DNA of 64,000 nucleotides from an uncultured Lachnospiraceae bacterium (GCA_902766425.1 CACXDS010000224.1:130-64129), one strand, 5' to 3'; counted from the stretch's first letter, positions 47,983 to 58,810 are shown. Translations and numbers: made by a program. The notes: a model not told the origin generated them from the sequence alone.

Positions 47983-49749
47983 TCAGCCTGCAAACTGACT
48001 ATTATACAGATTCGTATAGAATCCGTTCTGCGCCATCAGGCTCTCATGATTTCCCTGTTCTATGATATTGCCGTCCTTCATCACAAGGATCACATCCGCC
48101 TCCCTGATGGTGGAAAGCCTGTGAGCCACAATAAAGCTTGTCCTGCCTTCCATCATCCTGGCAAAGGCGTTCTGAATCTTTAATTCTGTTCTGGTATCAA
48201 TGGAGGAGGTGGCCTCGTCCAGGATCAGCATGGGCGGCAGGCACAGCATGACTCGTGCGATGCATAGGAGCTGCTTTTGTCCCTGAGACAGACTACCCCC
48301 GTCCTCGGTAATCACTGTGTGATAGCCCTGGGGTAAACGCTTGATAAAGCTATGCGCATGAGCGGCCTTCGCCGCAGCCTTTACCTCTTCCTCCGAAGCC
48401 TCCGGCTTGCCCATCCGGATATTCTCCAGGATCGTGCCGCCCCGAAGCCAGGTCTCCTGAAGGACCATGCCGTAATTGGTGCGAAGACTCCCCCTGGTCA
48501 GGTGGCGGATATCCGTTCCATCCACGGAGATACTCCCCTCATTCACATCGTAAAACCGCATGAGAAGATTGATCAGCGTTGTCTTCCCGCAACCCGTCGG
48601 ACCGACAATTGCGATTCTCTGGCCCGGCTGTACATCCAGATTCAGATTCCGGATCAGCTTCTTTTCAGGCAGATAGGAGAAGGATACCTTTTTTAATGAC
48701 ACATTCCCCTTGGCTTCCCCCAGTGTCACTGCATCCTCATCCTCCGGCACCTGGGGCTCCTGATCGATGAGGGCAAACACTCTGGAGGCACAGACAAAGG
48801 CATTCTGGAGCTCTGTGATCACCCCTGAGATTTCGTTAAAGGGCTTGGTATATTGATTGGCATAGCTTAAGAAACAGGACAGGCGCCCCACACTGATCCC
48901 TCCCCTGATCGCCAAAAACGCTCCAAAGATACCGACTCCGGCGTACACCAGACTATTGACAAAGCGGGTGCAGGGATTTACCAAAGAGGAATAAAAGATT
49001 GCCTTCAGGGAGCATTTTTGCAGCCTGTCATTGATCTCTCCAAATTGTTCCTTGACGGCTGCCTCCCTGGAGAAGGTTCTGACCACCTTCTGATTTCCCA
49101 CCATCTCTTCGATCAGGGCTGTCTGCTCACCCCTGGTCCTACTCTGCTCCTGGAACATATCGTGGGTATGCGTTGCAATGAATTTTGCCACCAGGAAGGA
49201 AACCGGCGTCAGACATACCACAACCAATGTGATGGATACATTATAGATCAGCATAAAGATCAGGGTACCCAGGATTGTCAGCACTCCCGTAAAAAGCTGG
49301 GTAAAGCCCATAAGCAATCCATCCGCAAAGGTATCCACATCCGCGATCACCCGGCTCACAATATCTCCTGCCGCATGCCTGTCCAGATAGCCAAGGGGCA
49401 GGATCTCAATTTTATGAAAGGCATCCTTCCTGATGTCCTGCACGATATGGAAGCAGATATAATTGTTGCAGGTATTCATGATCCACTGTGCGACGGCCGT
49501 CACCAGCATGGCAATACCGATCTTCTTTACAAGATTCAGGATTCCGGCCATATCGACCAACCCCTTGTCGATCATCAGGTCTACAGCGTCCCCCGTCAGA
49601 ATCGGAATATATAATGTGAGTGCCACCGTCACGGCCGCCAAAAGAAGGGATAGCACCACCATGAACCAATACTTGCCGATATATTGAAAGACCTTCCTCC
49701 AGGTGACTTTCCGGTCTAACGCAAGCTCCGTCTTTTTTGTTTTAGCCAT
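47983..49749 (-). CDS. Heterodimeric ABC exporter subunit (canonical Walker B)
   Basis: TMD plus NBD, GPTGCGKTT, LSQGQ, LILDEATS, AHR. Confidence 0.92.
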   Translation of the reverse strand: MAKTKKTELALDRKVTWRKVFQYIGKYWFMVVLSLLLAAVTVALTLYIPILTGDAVDLMIDKGLVDMAGILNLVKKIGIAMLVTAVAQWIMNTCNNYICFHIVQDIRKDAFHKIEILPLGYLDRHAAGDIVSRVIADVDTFADGLLMGFTQLFTGVLTILGTLIFMLIYNVSITLVVVCLTPVSFLVAKFIATHTHDMFQEQSRTRGEQTALIEEMVGNQKVVRTFSREAAVKEQFGEINDRLQKCSLKAIFYSSLVNPCTRFVNSLVYAGVGIFGAFLAIRGGISVGRLSCFLSYANQYTKPFNEISGVITELQNAFVCASRVFALIDQEPQVPEDEDAVTLGEAKGNVSLKKVSFSYLPEKKLIRNLNLDVQPGQRIAIVGPTGCGKTTLINLLMRFYDVNEGSISVDGTDIRHLTRGSLRTNYGMVLQETWLRGGTILENIRMGKPEASEEEVKAAAKAAHAHSFIKRLPQGYHTVITEDGGSLSQGQKQLLCIARVMLCLPPMLILDEATSSIDTRTELKIQNAFARMMEGRTSFIVAHRLSTIREADVILVMKDGNIIEQGNHESLMAQNGFYTNLYNSQFAG

Positions 49750-51577
49750 TGACAGCCACCCCCTTTCTCTCTTCGGGATACTGGGAATAATAAATCTCTT
49801 GATAAACGCTACAGTCAGCCAACAGCTCCTCATGTGTTCCGATACCGGCCATCTGTCCGTCATCCAGCACAAGGATCTGATCCGCTTGACGAATGCTGGA
49901 GGCTCTCTGGGATACGATAAAGGTTGTAGTCCGATCCTTGATGCTGCGAATGGATTGTCTCAACTTTGCATCCGTCGCATAATCCAGCGCAGAAGCACTG
50001 TCATCCAAGATAAGAATCTCCGGCTGCCGGATGAGTGCTCTGGCAATGGTCAGCCTCTGTCTCTGCCCGCCGGAGAAATTCCGCCCGTTTTGGGCAACCT
50101 CCTCATCCAGCTTTCCTTCCTTACCCTCCACGATTTCTCTGGCCTGCGCCAGCTCCAGAGCTCTCCACATCTCTTCTTCCGTGGCATCCGGTTTACCCCA
50201 AAGGAGATTGGAACGTATAGTACCTTGGAAGAGCACAGCCTTTTGCGGAACGACTCCCATGCGCCTGCGAAGCTCTACTTCATCGTATTCACTTAAGTTT
50301 TTCCCTTCCAGCAGGATCCTGCCTTCTGTCACAGGATAAAAGCCCGGGATCAGATTGACCAGAGAACTCTTTCCGGAGCCGGTACCGCCGATGACGCCGA
50401 TGGTGTCACCCTTTTGAACCCGAAACGAAATATGCTCCAGAGTCTCCTGTCCTGCACCGCGATATTTTAGGGATACATCATCAAATATCAGATAGGATGC
50501 CTCCTTCCGATCTTTTGCAGAAGCTCCCACATAGGTCTCCAAACACGCACCGGCCTGCTCTGCCTCACCCTTCTTCCCTATATCCTCCGCTCCTTTTTCT
50601 TTCACCTGCCCCTTTGCAAAGCTCTTTGCATTTTCGGTTCCAATCTCCAGAACGGATGCCACTCTGTCGGCGCAGGCCATTGCCTTTGTCATCAAAATGA
50701 TCAGATTGGCCAGCTTTACCAGCTCCACCAGAATCTGGGACATGTAATTCAAAATAGCGATCACCTGGCCTTGAGATAACTCTCCCACATTTACCTTCAA
50801 GCCGCCCTGATAGATCAAAAGCATGACCGCCGCATTTACGATCACATAGGTCACCGGATTCATACATGCGCTGATCCTTCCCACAAACATCTGCATGCCC
50901 GTCAGGCCTTCATTATTCTCCTGAAATCTCTTCTTTTCCGCCTCTTCCTGATGAAATGCCCGGATGACTCTGACCCCGGTCAGATTCTCCCTGGTCACTG
51001 TCAATACCTTATCCAGTCCCCCCTGCACCTTTTTATACAAAGGCATCGTGATCAGCATGATCCCAAACACAACCACCGCCAACACCGGTATGGCAACCAC
51101 AAAAACCAGCGCCAGCTTCACATCGATGGTGAAAGCCATGATCATAGCGCCAAACACAATAATGGGAGAACGCAAAAACAATCGGAGCGTCATATTCACG
51201 CCCGACTGCACTTGGTTGATATCACTGGTCAGGCGAGTGATCATGGTGGAGGTGCCCGCCTGATCCATATCCGTAAAGCTTAAGTCTTCGATGTGGCCGA
51301 ACAAGGCGGCCCGCAGCTTCGTGGAAAAGCCCACTGCCGCCTTTGCCGCATAGAACTGGGCTGTCACAGCTGCCGCAAGACCTACCAGAGCCAGCAGGAT
51401 CATGCAGAGTCCCATTTTGATCACATGCTGTCCATTCGAAGTACCGATCCCCACATCAATGATACTTGCTACAACATAGGGCACCAACAGCTCGAAGGAC
51501 GCTTCCAGCAGCTTAAACAAAGGTGCCAATATGCATTCCTTTCGAAATTCTTTTAAATACACCAATAATCGTTTCAT
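49742..51577 (-). CDS. Heterodimeric ABC exporter subunit (degenerate site)
   Basis: GGTGSGKSS, FSGGQ, LILDDSAS, SQR. Confidence 0.92.
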   Translation of the reverse strand: MKRLLVYLKEFRKECILAPLFKLLEASFELLVPYVVASIIDVGIGTSNGQHVIKMGLCMILLALVGLAAAVTAQFYAAKAAVGFSTKLRAALFGHIEDLSFTDMDQAGTSTMITRLTSDINQVQSGVNMTLRLFLRSPIIVFGAMIMAFTIDVKLALVFVVAIPVLAVVVFGIMLITMPLYKKVQGGLDKVLTVTRENLTGVRVIRAFHQEEAEKKRFQENNEGLTGMQMFVGRISACMNPVTYVIVNAAVMLLIYQGGLKVNVGELSQGQVIAILNYMSQILVELVKLANLIILMTKAMACADRVASVLEIGTENAKSFAKGQVKEKGAEDIGKKGEAEQAGACLETYVGASAKDRKEASYLIFDDVSLKYRGAGQETLEHISFRVQKGDTIGVIGGTGSGKSSLVNLIPGFYPVTEGRILLEGKNLSEYDEVELRRRMGVVPQKAVLFQGTIRSNLLWGKPDATEEEMWRALELAQAREIVEGKEGKLDEEVAQNGRNFSGGQRQRLTIARALIRQPEILILDDSASALDYATDAKLRQSIRSIKDRTTTFIVSQRASSIRQADQILVLDDGQMAGIGTHEELLADCSVYQEIYYSQYPEERKGVAVNG

Positions 51578-51694
51578 GCCACATCTCCATTTCACACAAT
51601 GCTATCTATTTCTATCCGCCTTTTGCACTCCTGTTACCTCTGTCCGCATCCGGTAACATGCGCATCCATGGCACCTCGCTTCGTGCGCCCTGAT

Positions 51695-52513
51695 TTATCC
51701 GGCTTTGGTGCAAACGGCAAAATAATATTTCTTTCCATCCGGCATAACAAAGGATCCATCCTTCCAGACCACCTCTCCGCCTTCCTCCAGCATAGAAGCA
51801 TTCAGAGCATTTAATAATCCTTCCCCCGTCAGTTTACCATACGCCTCTTTTCTCGTCCATAGCCTATAAAAGGCGGACACTGCCTCTGCCTCATCGGTCA
51901 GGCTTCCCAGATAAGCTCTTTCCTCCTCCGAAAAAAAACGCTTCGTAAGTGACCTCCAATTTTGTCCGGTCTCGATCTGCACATCCGCTCCGAGCTCCCT
52001 CTCCGAGCAGGCACACAGGATCATGTTGCCGGAATGGGAAAGACTGAAATACAATGGTAGATTAGCAAAAAAAGGCTTTCCAGATTCATTATAACGATAG
52101 GACAAATTCAGAAATTGATTCTGCCAATCGTCCTTTTTATCGCTTAAGCTCTTTCCTCTGTATGACAAAAGAGCTTCCCCTCTATCCAAAAGATTATTTA
52201 TAATCTCCGGCCACCTGATTGCAAGCTGCTCTTCGCTTACCTCCAGAAACGGAATCGGAAAGCTTTCTCTCTCGTAGGAGAGCTTCGCAAAACAACGCTC
52301 TTTACCCGTATCCGGGCCAAGCGCATTTTTATCCCTTAACAGGAACTCCCCCGCCGCCAGCTGCAGGAGCACTCCGGCGCCCAGGCTCTGCAACGCGGTC
52401 TTTCCATTTCGAAGCCCTCTGTACTTTAGAAGGCGCTCCTGATCCAGAAGCGCCTCCCAAGTTGACGACCTATTCAGCTTTCCTGCATCCAAAAGATAAC
52501 AGGCCTCATACAT
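51695..52513 (-). CDS. 4'-phosphopantetheinyl transferase (Sfp-type)
   Basis: GKP, FSLSHSG, LGADVQ, WTRKEAYGK.TGEGL. Confidence 0.88.
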   Translation of the reverse strand: MYEACYLLDAGKLNRSSTWEALLDQERLLKYRGLRNGKTALQSLGAGVLLQLAAGEFLLRDKNALGPDTGKERCFAKLSYERESFPIPFLEVSEEQLAIRWPEIINNLLDRGEALLSYRGKSLSDKKDDWQNQFLNLSYRYNESGKPFFANLPLYFSLSHSGNMILCACSERELGADVQIETGQNWRSLTKRFFSEEERAYLGSLTDEAEAVSAFYRLWTRKEAYGKLTGEGLLNALNASMLEEGGEVVWKDGSFVMPDGKKYYFAVCTKAG

Positions 52514-52595
52514 AGTATTATTCTCCCGATCCCCAAGAGATCACTCCTGCAGCCACCTACACTGACCTCAAGACTGCTTGAATCATTCCATCCAC

Positions 52596-54398
52596 TCAGT
52601 CTGACTCACCGGACTCCTGATCCGTAATCGCCAGACACAACTCCTTAAGCTGAGCAGGATCCACCACATTGGGGCACTCACTCATCAGACAGGAGGCATC
52701 CTTAACCTTCGGGAATGCGATAACCTCACGAATACTCTCCGCCTTCACAAGCAGCATCACAAAACGATCCAGTCCGATGGCCAGTCCTGCATGAGGTGGA
52801 ACGCCGTATTTAAAGGCATCCAGCAGGAATCCAAACTGCTGGTGTGCCTTCTCATCCGTAAAGCCAAGTGCACGGAACATTCTCTCCTGCACATCATCCT
52901 GATAGATTCTCTCACTGCCGCCGCCAAGCTCCACGCCGTTTAACACGATGTCGTAGGCCTTGGCACGAACCTCCCCGGGCTTTTCCTCCAGCATGGGGAG
53001 ATCCTCCTCCATGGGCATGGTGAAGGGATGATGCATTGCCACAAATCTCTCCTCCTCATCACTCCACTCAAACTGAGGGAACTCGGTCACCCAGAGGAAA
53101 TTAAACTTATTTTCATCCACCAGACCAAGCTGCTTCGCCAGCTCACAGCGAAGCGCACCCAGCACATTCCATACGATCTTCAGGCGGTCTGCTGCAAATA
53201 GGAGAAGGTCCCCGGGCTGCCCCTGCATGGCCTCCACCAAAGCCTTCAGCTCTTCCTCTGTCATAAACTTGGCAAAGGAAGACTTATAAGTACCATCCGG
53301 CAATACGCCGAGATATGCCAGGCCCTTCACACCATAGCCCTTAGCGAACTCCACCAGGGCATCGATCTTCTTTCTGGGCATCTCGGCCTGTCCCTTGACA
53401 TTGATACCCCGAACACTACCGCCTGCCGCAACCGCACCGGAGAACACACTGAAGCCGCAATTCTTCACCACCTCCGAGACATCTGTCAGCTCCATGCCGA
53501 ATCTGGTATCCGGCTTATCGGATCCAAAGCGATTCATGGCCTCGTGCCAGGTCATACGCTTCAAGGGCAGCTGAACCTCCAGACCAATGGCCTCCTTGCA
53601 AACCCTGGCCACCATACGCTCTGTCACATCCATTACATCCTCCTGGGTCACAAAGCTCATCTCCAGATCCACCTGTGTGAATTCAGGCTGACGGTCTGCT
53701 CGAAGATCCTCGTCCCGGAAACACTTTGCGATCTGACAGTATCTGTCATATCCGGAACACATCAGCAGCTGCTTAAAAATCTGAGGTGACTGGGGCAGTG
53801 CATAAAAGGTCCCCGGATGAATACGGCTGGGCACAAGATAGTCCCTGGCGCCTTCCGGCGTGGATTTGTTCAAAATAGGGGTCTCGATCTCCAAAAAGCC
53901 CTCTTCCGCCAGGAATGCCCGAATGGTGGTAGCAATCTTGCTTCGAAGGATCAGATTTTTCTGAATGTCCGGTCTTCTCAGATCCAGATAACGGTATTTC
54001 AAACGTAATTCTTCCTTTGTCTTGGAATCCGCCTCCACAGGGAAGGGCGGTGTCTGGGCCTCTGAGAGAATACGAACCTCCTTAGCGCGCACCTCAATGG
54101 CACCTGTGGCCATCTTTTCGTTCACATCCGCATTTCTGTGAACCACCTCACCCACAACTGCGATCACAAATTCGCTGCGCAGCTTTGCTGCTTTTTCAAA
54201 GGCCTCGCTTCCGCAGATCTCTTCTTCAAAGAGCACCTGCAAAATACCGGATCTGTCCCGCAGATCCACAAAGATCAATCCACCTTTGTTTCTCTGCTTT
54301 TGCACCCACCCCATAACCGTGACGGTCTGTCCGACATTTTCAACGGACAGCTCCGCACAGCGACAGGTTCTCTTTAATCCCTTCATTGATTCAGCCAT
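52596..54398 (-). CDS. aspS: Aspartate--tRNA ligase
   Basis: FVDLRDRSG, YALPQSPQ, FRDEDLRADRQPEFTQ, HHPFT, GLDR. Confidence 0.98.
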   Translation of the reverse strand: MAESMKGLKRTCRCAELSVENVGQTVTVMGWVQKQRNKGGLIFVDLRDRSGILQVLFEEEICGSEAFEKAAKLRSEFVIAVVGEVVHRNADVNEKMATGAIEVRAKEVRILSEAQTPPFPVEADSKTKEELRLKYRYLDLRRPDIQKNLILRSKIATTIRAFLAEEGFLEIETPILNKSTPEGARDYLVPSRIHPGTFYALPQSPQIFKQLLMCSGYDRYCQIAKCFRDEDLRADRQPEFTQVDLEMSFVTQEDVMDVTERMVARVCKEAIGLEVQLPLKRMTWHEAMNRFGSDKPDTRFGMELTDVSEVVKNCGFSVFSGAVAAGGSVRGINVKGQAEMPRKKIDALVEFAKGYGVKGLAYLGVLPDGTYKSSFAKFMTEEELKALVEAMQGQPGDLLLFAADRLKIVWNVLGALRCELAKQLGLVDENKFNFLWVTEFPQFEWSDEEERFVAMHHPFTMPMEEDLPMLEEKPGEVRAKAYDIVLNGVELGGGSERIYQDDVQERMFRALGFTDEKAHQQFGFLLDAFKYGVPPHAGLAIGLDRFVMLLVKAESIREVIAFPKVKDASCLMSECPNVVDPAQLKELCLAITDQESGESD

Positions 54399-54572
54399 TT
54401 TCCATTCCCTCGATTCTTTCTCGTAAGGCTGCCAAGCAACCCTTTTTCGTTATTGTCTTTACTTATTTATGACTACAGACCTTACCCGTACATTTCTTCC
54501 TGTTTGAAGGCTTTCAGCCAAAGCTATGCCCCGAGCCCTTCTGAAGCCTTACTAAATGACCTTGCATTCATC

Positions 54573-55838
54573 CTACTGCTTTAGGCCTTCCCGATAGAAC
54601 TCTTCAAACTCCGCATACCCTTCCGCAGTCAATTGTTCCTTCTGAAATTTCTTATTCTTATTCATCCTCGCAACCAGTACCTGCTTGCCTTCCCCTCTGG
54701 CCTTTTGCGCCTTAGAGATAATCTCGCAGAGCTGCTCTCCGGTGACACCCTTCTCGATCAGATAGGCCACCTTTGCGGGAGCAGTGGGAACCTTGAAGCC
54801 GCTTTCCATCAGGAGCAATACGATCCGCTCAAAACCAATGGAAAAACCGCAGGCGGGCACATCGTTTCCTGTGAACTTTCCGACCATCTTATCATATCTT
54901 CCGCCACCGCCACAGCTTCCTCCGAACTCCGGCATGGCAATTTCAAAAATAGTACCGGTATAATAGCTCATACCACGCACCAGAGTGGGATCAAATACCA
55001 GCTCAAAGGTATCCGCCTGAGTTGCCTTCACACTGCTGACAATCTCCCGGAAGGAAGCCATGACTTCGCTGTCCAGATACTCTCCCAGCTTCTCACAAAG
55101 ACAGGAAATCCCATCCTGCGCACTCTGGATCGCAGTAAAGAGCTCCAAATACTTTCTACACTGTTCCTCGCTGCCGTATTCTTTTTCAAGGAGCTCTGCC
55201 AGCACGCCATCCACACCGATCTTGTCCATCTTATCAAGTGTGATAAATACCCCGTCATAGTCTTCCTCACGGAAGCCCGCATAGGCAGCCATTGCCTTTA
55301 AGATCCTTCGGTCATTGATGCGGATTTGGAAATTCCGGAAGCCCAATTTACTGATGGTGGTGGTGGTGGCCAGGATCAACTCGATCTCCGCCAGATTGGA
55401 GGACTCACCCAAAATATCTATGTCACATTGCATGAACTGGCGATAACGGCCCCTCTGCGGTCTGTCCGCTCTCCACACATTTCCCATCTGAAGTGCCTTA
55501 AAGGGGGTGGGCAGATTTGCGGAATTATTGGAATAATACCTTACCAGCGGCACTGTCAGATCATACCGAAGTCCCCCATCCACAATCTCTTCCTCCGTGG
55601 TGGCCTCGGGGACATTCAGCTTCTCACCCCTTTTTAAGATCTTAAAGATCAGCTTCTCATTATCGCCTCCCTGCTTGTTTGTCAGATTGGCGATATTCTC
55701 CACACAGGGAGTCTCGATGGAATTAAAACCAAACTTCCCATAAGTGTCCTTGATCACTCCGATCACATAATCCCGGATCTGCATCTCCTCCGGGAGGATA
55801 TCCTTCATGCCCGTAACGGGCTTTTTGCTAAGCGCCAT
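54573..55838 (-). CDS. hisS: Histidine--tRNA ligase
   Basis: LRYDLTVP, RADRPQRGRYRQF, LVRGMSYYTG, GGGRYD, GFERI. Confidence 0.97.
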   Translation of the reverse strand: MALSKKPVTGMKDILPEEMQIRDYVIGVIKDTYGKFGFNSIETPCVENIANLTNKQGGDNEKLIFKILKRGEKLNVPEATTEEEIVDGGLRYDLTVPLVRYYSNNSANLPTPFKALQMGNVWRADRPQRGRYRQFMQCDIDILGESSNLAEIELILATTTTISKLGFRNFQIRINDRRILKAMAAYAGFREEDYDGVFITLDKMDKIGVDGVLAELLEKEYGSEEQCRKYLELFTAIQSAQDGISCLCEKLGEYLDSEVMASFREIVSSVKATQADTFELVFDPTLVRGMSYYTGTIFEIAMPEFGGSCGGGGRYDKMVGKFTGNDVPACGFSIGFERIVLLLMESGFKVPTAPAKVAYLIEKGVTGEQLCEIISKAQKARGEGKQVLVARMNKNKKFQKEQLTAEGYAEFEEFYREGLKQ

Positions 55839-55886
55839 CCTCATCTCCCTCTTTCTGACACAATTTCCTCTCTCATTCTCTTCCGC

Positions 55887-56819
55887 TTATTCGCTAAAGT
55901 TAAGCCCCTCGCCGCCGGCCATCACACCGAGCATGGAGAACAGCACGGTCATTCCAAACTCTTCAGACTCCAGCTCCTCTGCACTTTTCCAGCCTTCCGG
56001 AAGAACAAAGCTCTCCATTTTTTCGATCCTGCCGACCATATTCACGCCATCGGAGTTCCCTTTAAACAGTTCAAACTCCTTGTTCTCCTGATTCATATAG
56101 AACAGAACCTCCGGTGTTTCCTCATCCGTATCCTCATCCATAGTGAGCACATCGTATACCAAACCGTCTATGGTCTCCGTACCCACATATTTCAGGTTCA
56201 TCTCTTCCTCATCGTCTGATTCAAAAAGATCCTCCGCTATATTCAGATCATCCATCTCCTCCTTATCCATGGAGTTTGTCTTATACCAGCCGCTCTCTTC
56301 TCCCATATGAAGATGCACATACGCGCTTCCGTCATCCATGCGATAAAGGCTCATTTCATTCCCATTTGCCGTAATCGCCATGATCATCTGTTCTCCTGCG
56401 GTACCAACGGTCATGTTAAAATCCATCTTCATACCGTTCTCTTCCGCCTGGCAGTCCAATATCATCTTCTTGCCTTCCATACTGAAGCTTTTGAAATACT
56501 CCTCATACTGCGCCTCCAGCTCAGGATTTCCCGTAGCGATCTCTGTTGATGTCCCGCCGCCGATCTTGTTATCCGTGGTCACTTCACCGGAAGTGATTTC
56601 CACAGAAGACTCCTTACTCTCCTCCGAGGTCTTCTCCTGCGAACTCGCTTCACCGGAATCCACACTCTCGGTGCTCTCACTGCTCTGCTCCCGGTTCACA
56701 GAAGCTTCTACCTGATCGGAAGAGCTCTCCTGTGCCGACTGATTGCTACAACCTGCCAGCATCAAACCTACTGCCAATAAAACTGCCAAACTTTTCGTTA
56801 CAAATTTTGTTTTTTTCAT
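55887..56819 (-). CDS. Hypothetical lipoprotein (acidic, Ser/Glu-rich linker)
   Basis: MKK..LAGC lipobox, GGAGG RBS. Confidence 0.75.
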   Translation of the reverse strand: MKKTKFVTKSLAVLLAVGLMLAGCSNQSAQESSSDQVEASVNREQSSESTESVDSGEASSQEKTSEESKESSVEITSGEVTTDNKIGGGTSTEIATGNPELEAQYEEYFKSFSMEGKKMILDCQAEENGMKMDFNMTVGTAGEQMIMAITANGNEMSLYRMDDGSAYVHLHMGEESGWYKTNSMDKEEMDDLNIAEDLFESDDEEEMNLKYVGTETIDGLVYDVLTMDEDTDEETPEVLFYMNQENKEFELFKGNSDGVNMVGRIEKMESFVLPEGWKSAEELESEEFGMTVLFSMLGVMAGGEGLNFSE

Positions 56820-56913
56820 GCTTCCTCCCTGCACCGGCTCTGATCCGGTAAACCTCATTTTTATATCTTTACAGACAAATAATCAAGAAACATATTAGCA
56901 CAAGGCGTCAAAA

Positions 56914-56940
56914 AAGGCAAGAGTCATAATCTCTTGCCTT
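56914..56940. terminator. Hairpin/terminator
   Basis: aaggcaagag-tcataat-ctcttgcctt with a T run on the minus strand. Confidence 0.6.
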
Positions 56941-56983
56941 TCAAGCCTTATAAACATACTGTATAACAGCTTTGCTGTTTTTC

Positions 56984-57199
56984 CTATCCTCTTTTCCGGT
57001 ATTTCCGGATCATACCTGCCAGATACCAGATCCCCGCTGCCCCGGCGATCACGCCGGACGCGATCAGGATTCCTTCAAAGGTAAAGTGTAAATAAGATAG
57101 AGTAATAAAGCTGATGATCAGGAGACAGAGCACCGACCACCCAAAGGCTGCTCCCACGGTTATGATAAAAAAGATCAGGTCCTTTACGATGTCCGGCAT
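56984..57199 (-). CDS. Small membrane protein
   Basis: 71 aa, two hydrophobic helices, basic C-terminus, GGAGGGAG RBS. Confidence 0.65.
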   Translation of the reverse strand: MPDIVKDLIFFIITVGAAFGWSVLCLLIISFITLSYLHFTFEGILIASGVIAGAAGIWYLAGMIRKYRKRG

Positions 57200-57212
57200 T
57201 GTCTCCCTCCCG

Positions 57213-57550
57213 TCAATCCACATCAATTCTCTTACTTCCCCAAACGGTCAGCTGGTTTTCCTCCCCAAGTGCAGTAAAGACTGTAGTCTCTATGCTACTG
57301 CCCTCCACATCCATTTTAAGAGCTACACCGGAGTAGGTGACTCCATCCAAAAGGAGTTTCAGGTATGGTGTTCCGGACTCCTGCGTCCATGTTCCCCGCT
57401 CCACCTTCTCTCCCGACTTGCGGGAAGTAATGCTCCCGTCCTCGTTCAGCTGTATAAAACCCGGCCGTTGGTATTCAAGTTTGCATAGTCCAGATCCAGC
57501 TCGTGCAGGATCACCTCGTATTCTCCGACGATCTCCTCCTTGGAAAGCCC
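57213..57550 (-). pseudogene. Truncated, frameshifted remnant of a GH43 arabinanase C-terminal domain
   Basis: GLSKEEIVGEYEVILHELDLDYANL / frameshift near 57476 / EYQRPGFIQLNEDGSI...GTW...DGVTYSGV...TVFTALG..NQLTVWGSK. No N-terminal catalytic domain. Confidence 0.7.
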
Positions 57551-57875
57551 TAGTAGCTAATTCTCTGTTTTTTGTTATTTATTTCAGCATTTACTTAATT
57601 ATTTCTCTTTTTGCTTAGCTTCACTTAAAACATACAATATAGCCCCATACATTGGCAATTCTTTTTATGCACAAAATAAATATAATTTTTATGCATTTTT
57701 ACCAGTTTTAGTATTTTAAAAAATCTGTTTAATGTCGAAATTTCCTTGATAATTTTATCACAAGCTTATCCTGCCCATAAAAATTGACACATTTTTTGCA
57801 AAACTTTCTTTTTAGTCTTGGCTTAAAACTGCATATTGTTTTATACTTTTTACTTGAAAACAAGGAGGTATAATC

Positions 57876-58805
57876 ATGCTTTACCTACATTCCCTCTCCG
57901 AAGCAGAGGAGGTATTTAAAGCCCTCAGCGCTCCCATGCGACTGCGCATCATGGACTTGATCTACAAAAATGAAAATATGAGTATGAATGATCTGGCAGA
58001 GGCGTTGGAATTGACAAACAGTGCCATTTCCTTACATGTCAGCAAATTAGAAAGCGCCGGACTGGTCAAGATCAAGACCATATCCGGAAAACGCGGTATC
58101 ATGAAGCTTGTGCAGCCGACCCATCACCGCATGATCGTCGACCTATCCGGTTCGGAAGTAGAAACCATGGTTCGTCCTTGTTATTAGGATGAGATCAGCA
58201 TCGGACATTGCTCCCGCATTGATGCACATCCCACCTGCGGTCTGGCCAACTCCAATGTGATCATCGGAGAGTTGGATGATCCCAGAGTTTTCTCCTATCC
58301 GGATCGTTTTTCCGCAAATATCCTCTGGATTGGCTACGGGAGTGTCACCTATAACCTTCCCAGTCGTCTCCGCCCCGGGCAGCGCCTGACAGAGCTCCAG
58401 ATCTCCTTTGAAATTTCTTCCGAATGCCCCGAGACAAACGAAGACTATCCCTCTGATATTTACTTTGAGATAAACGGGATTGCACTTGGCAAATGGATCA
58501 GCCCAGGCGATTATGGGTCTCGAAAGGGAATCCTCTCCCCCTCCTGGTGGCCGGAGCTGTTAAACCAATATGGATTACTCAAGACCCTGATCATTAATCA
58601 GGAGGGAACCTTTATCGACGGAACCTCCAAGATTTCCAATGTTACGATCTCGGATTTTCACATAGATTATAACAGCGTGATCGATTTCACCTTTTCCGTC
58701 CCCAAGGACACCACGAACTGCGGTGGACTGACTCTATTCGGTGCAGAATTTGGTGATTATAACCAAAACATCGTGATCAAGGCATTTTACGAAGAAAATC
58801 AATAA
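57876..58805 (+). pseudogene. ArsR-family HTH transcriptional regulator interrupted by an in-frame TAG
   Basis: FKALSAPMRLRI HTH. TAG at 58185-58187, then the same frame continues DEISIGH...PTCGL...ISFEISSE...SPGDYG..WW...QYG...GGLTLFG. Confidence 0.85.
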
Positions 58806-58810
58806 AAGAA

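Noticed and set aside
54399-54572. T-box leader for aspS or hisS
   Set aside because: No GGTGGNACCGCG T-box motif or terminator/antiterminator pair is visible here or upstream of hisS.
58185-58187. Amber recoding (pyrrolysine or alternative genetic code)
   Set aside because: TAG is used as a normal stop in this window (HD protein, scfB, hisS, CNNM), no pyl genes are seen, and the neighbouring locus is decayed.
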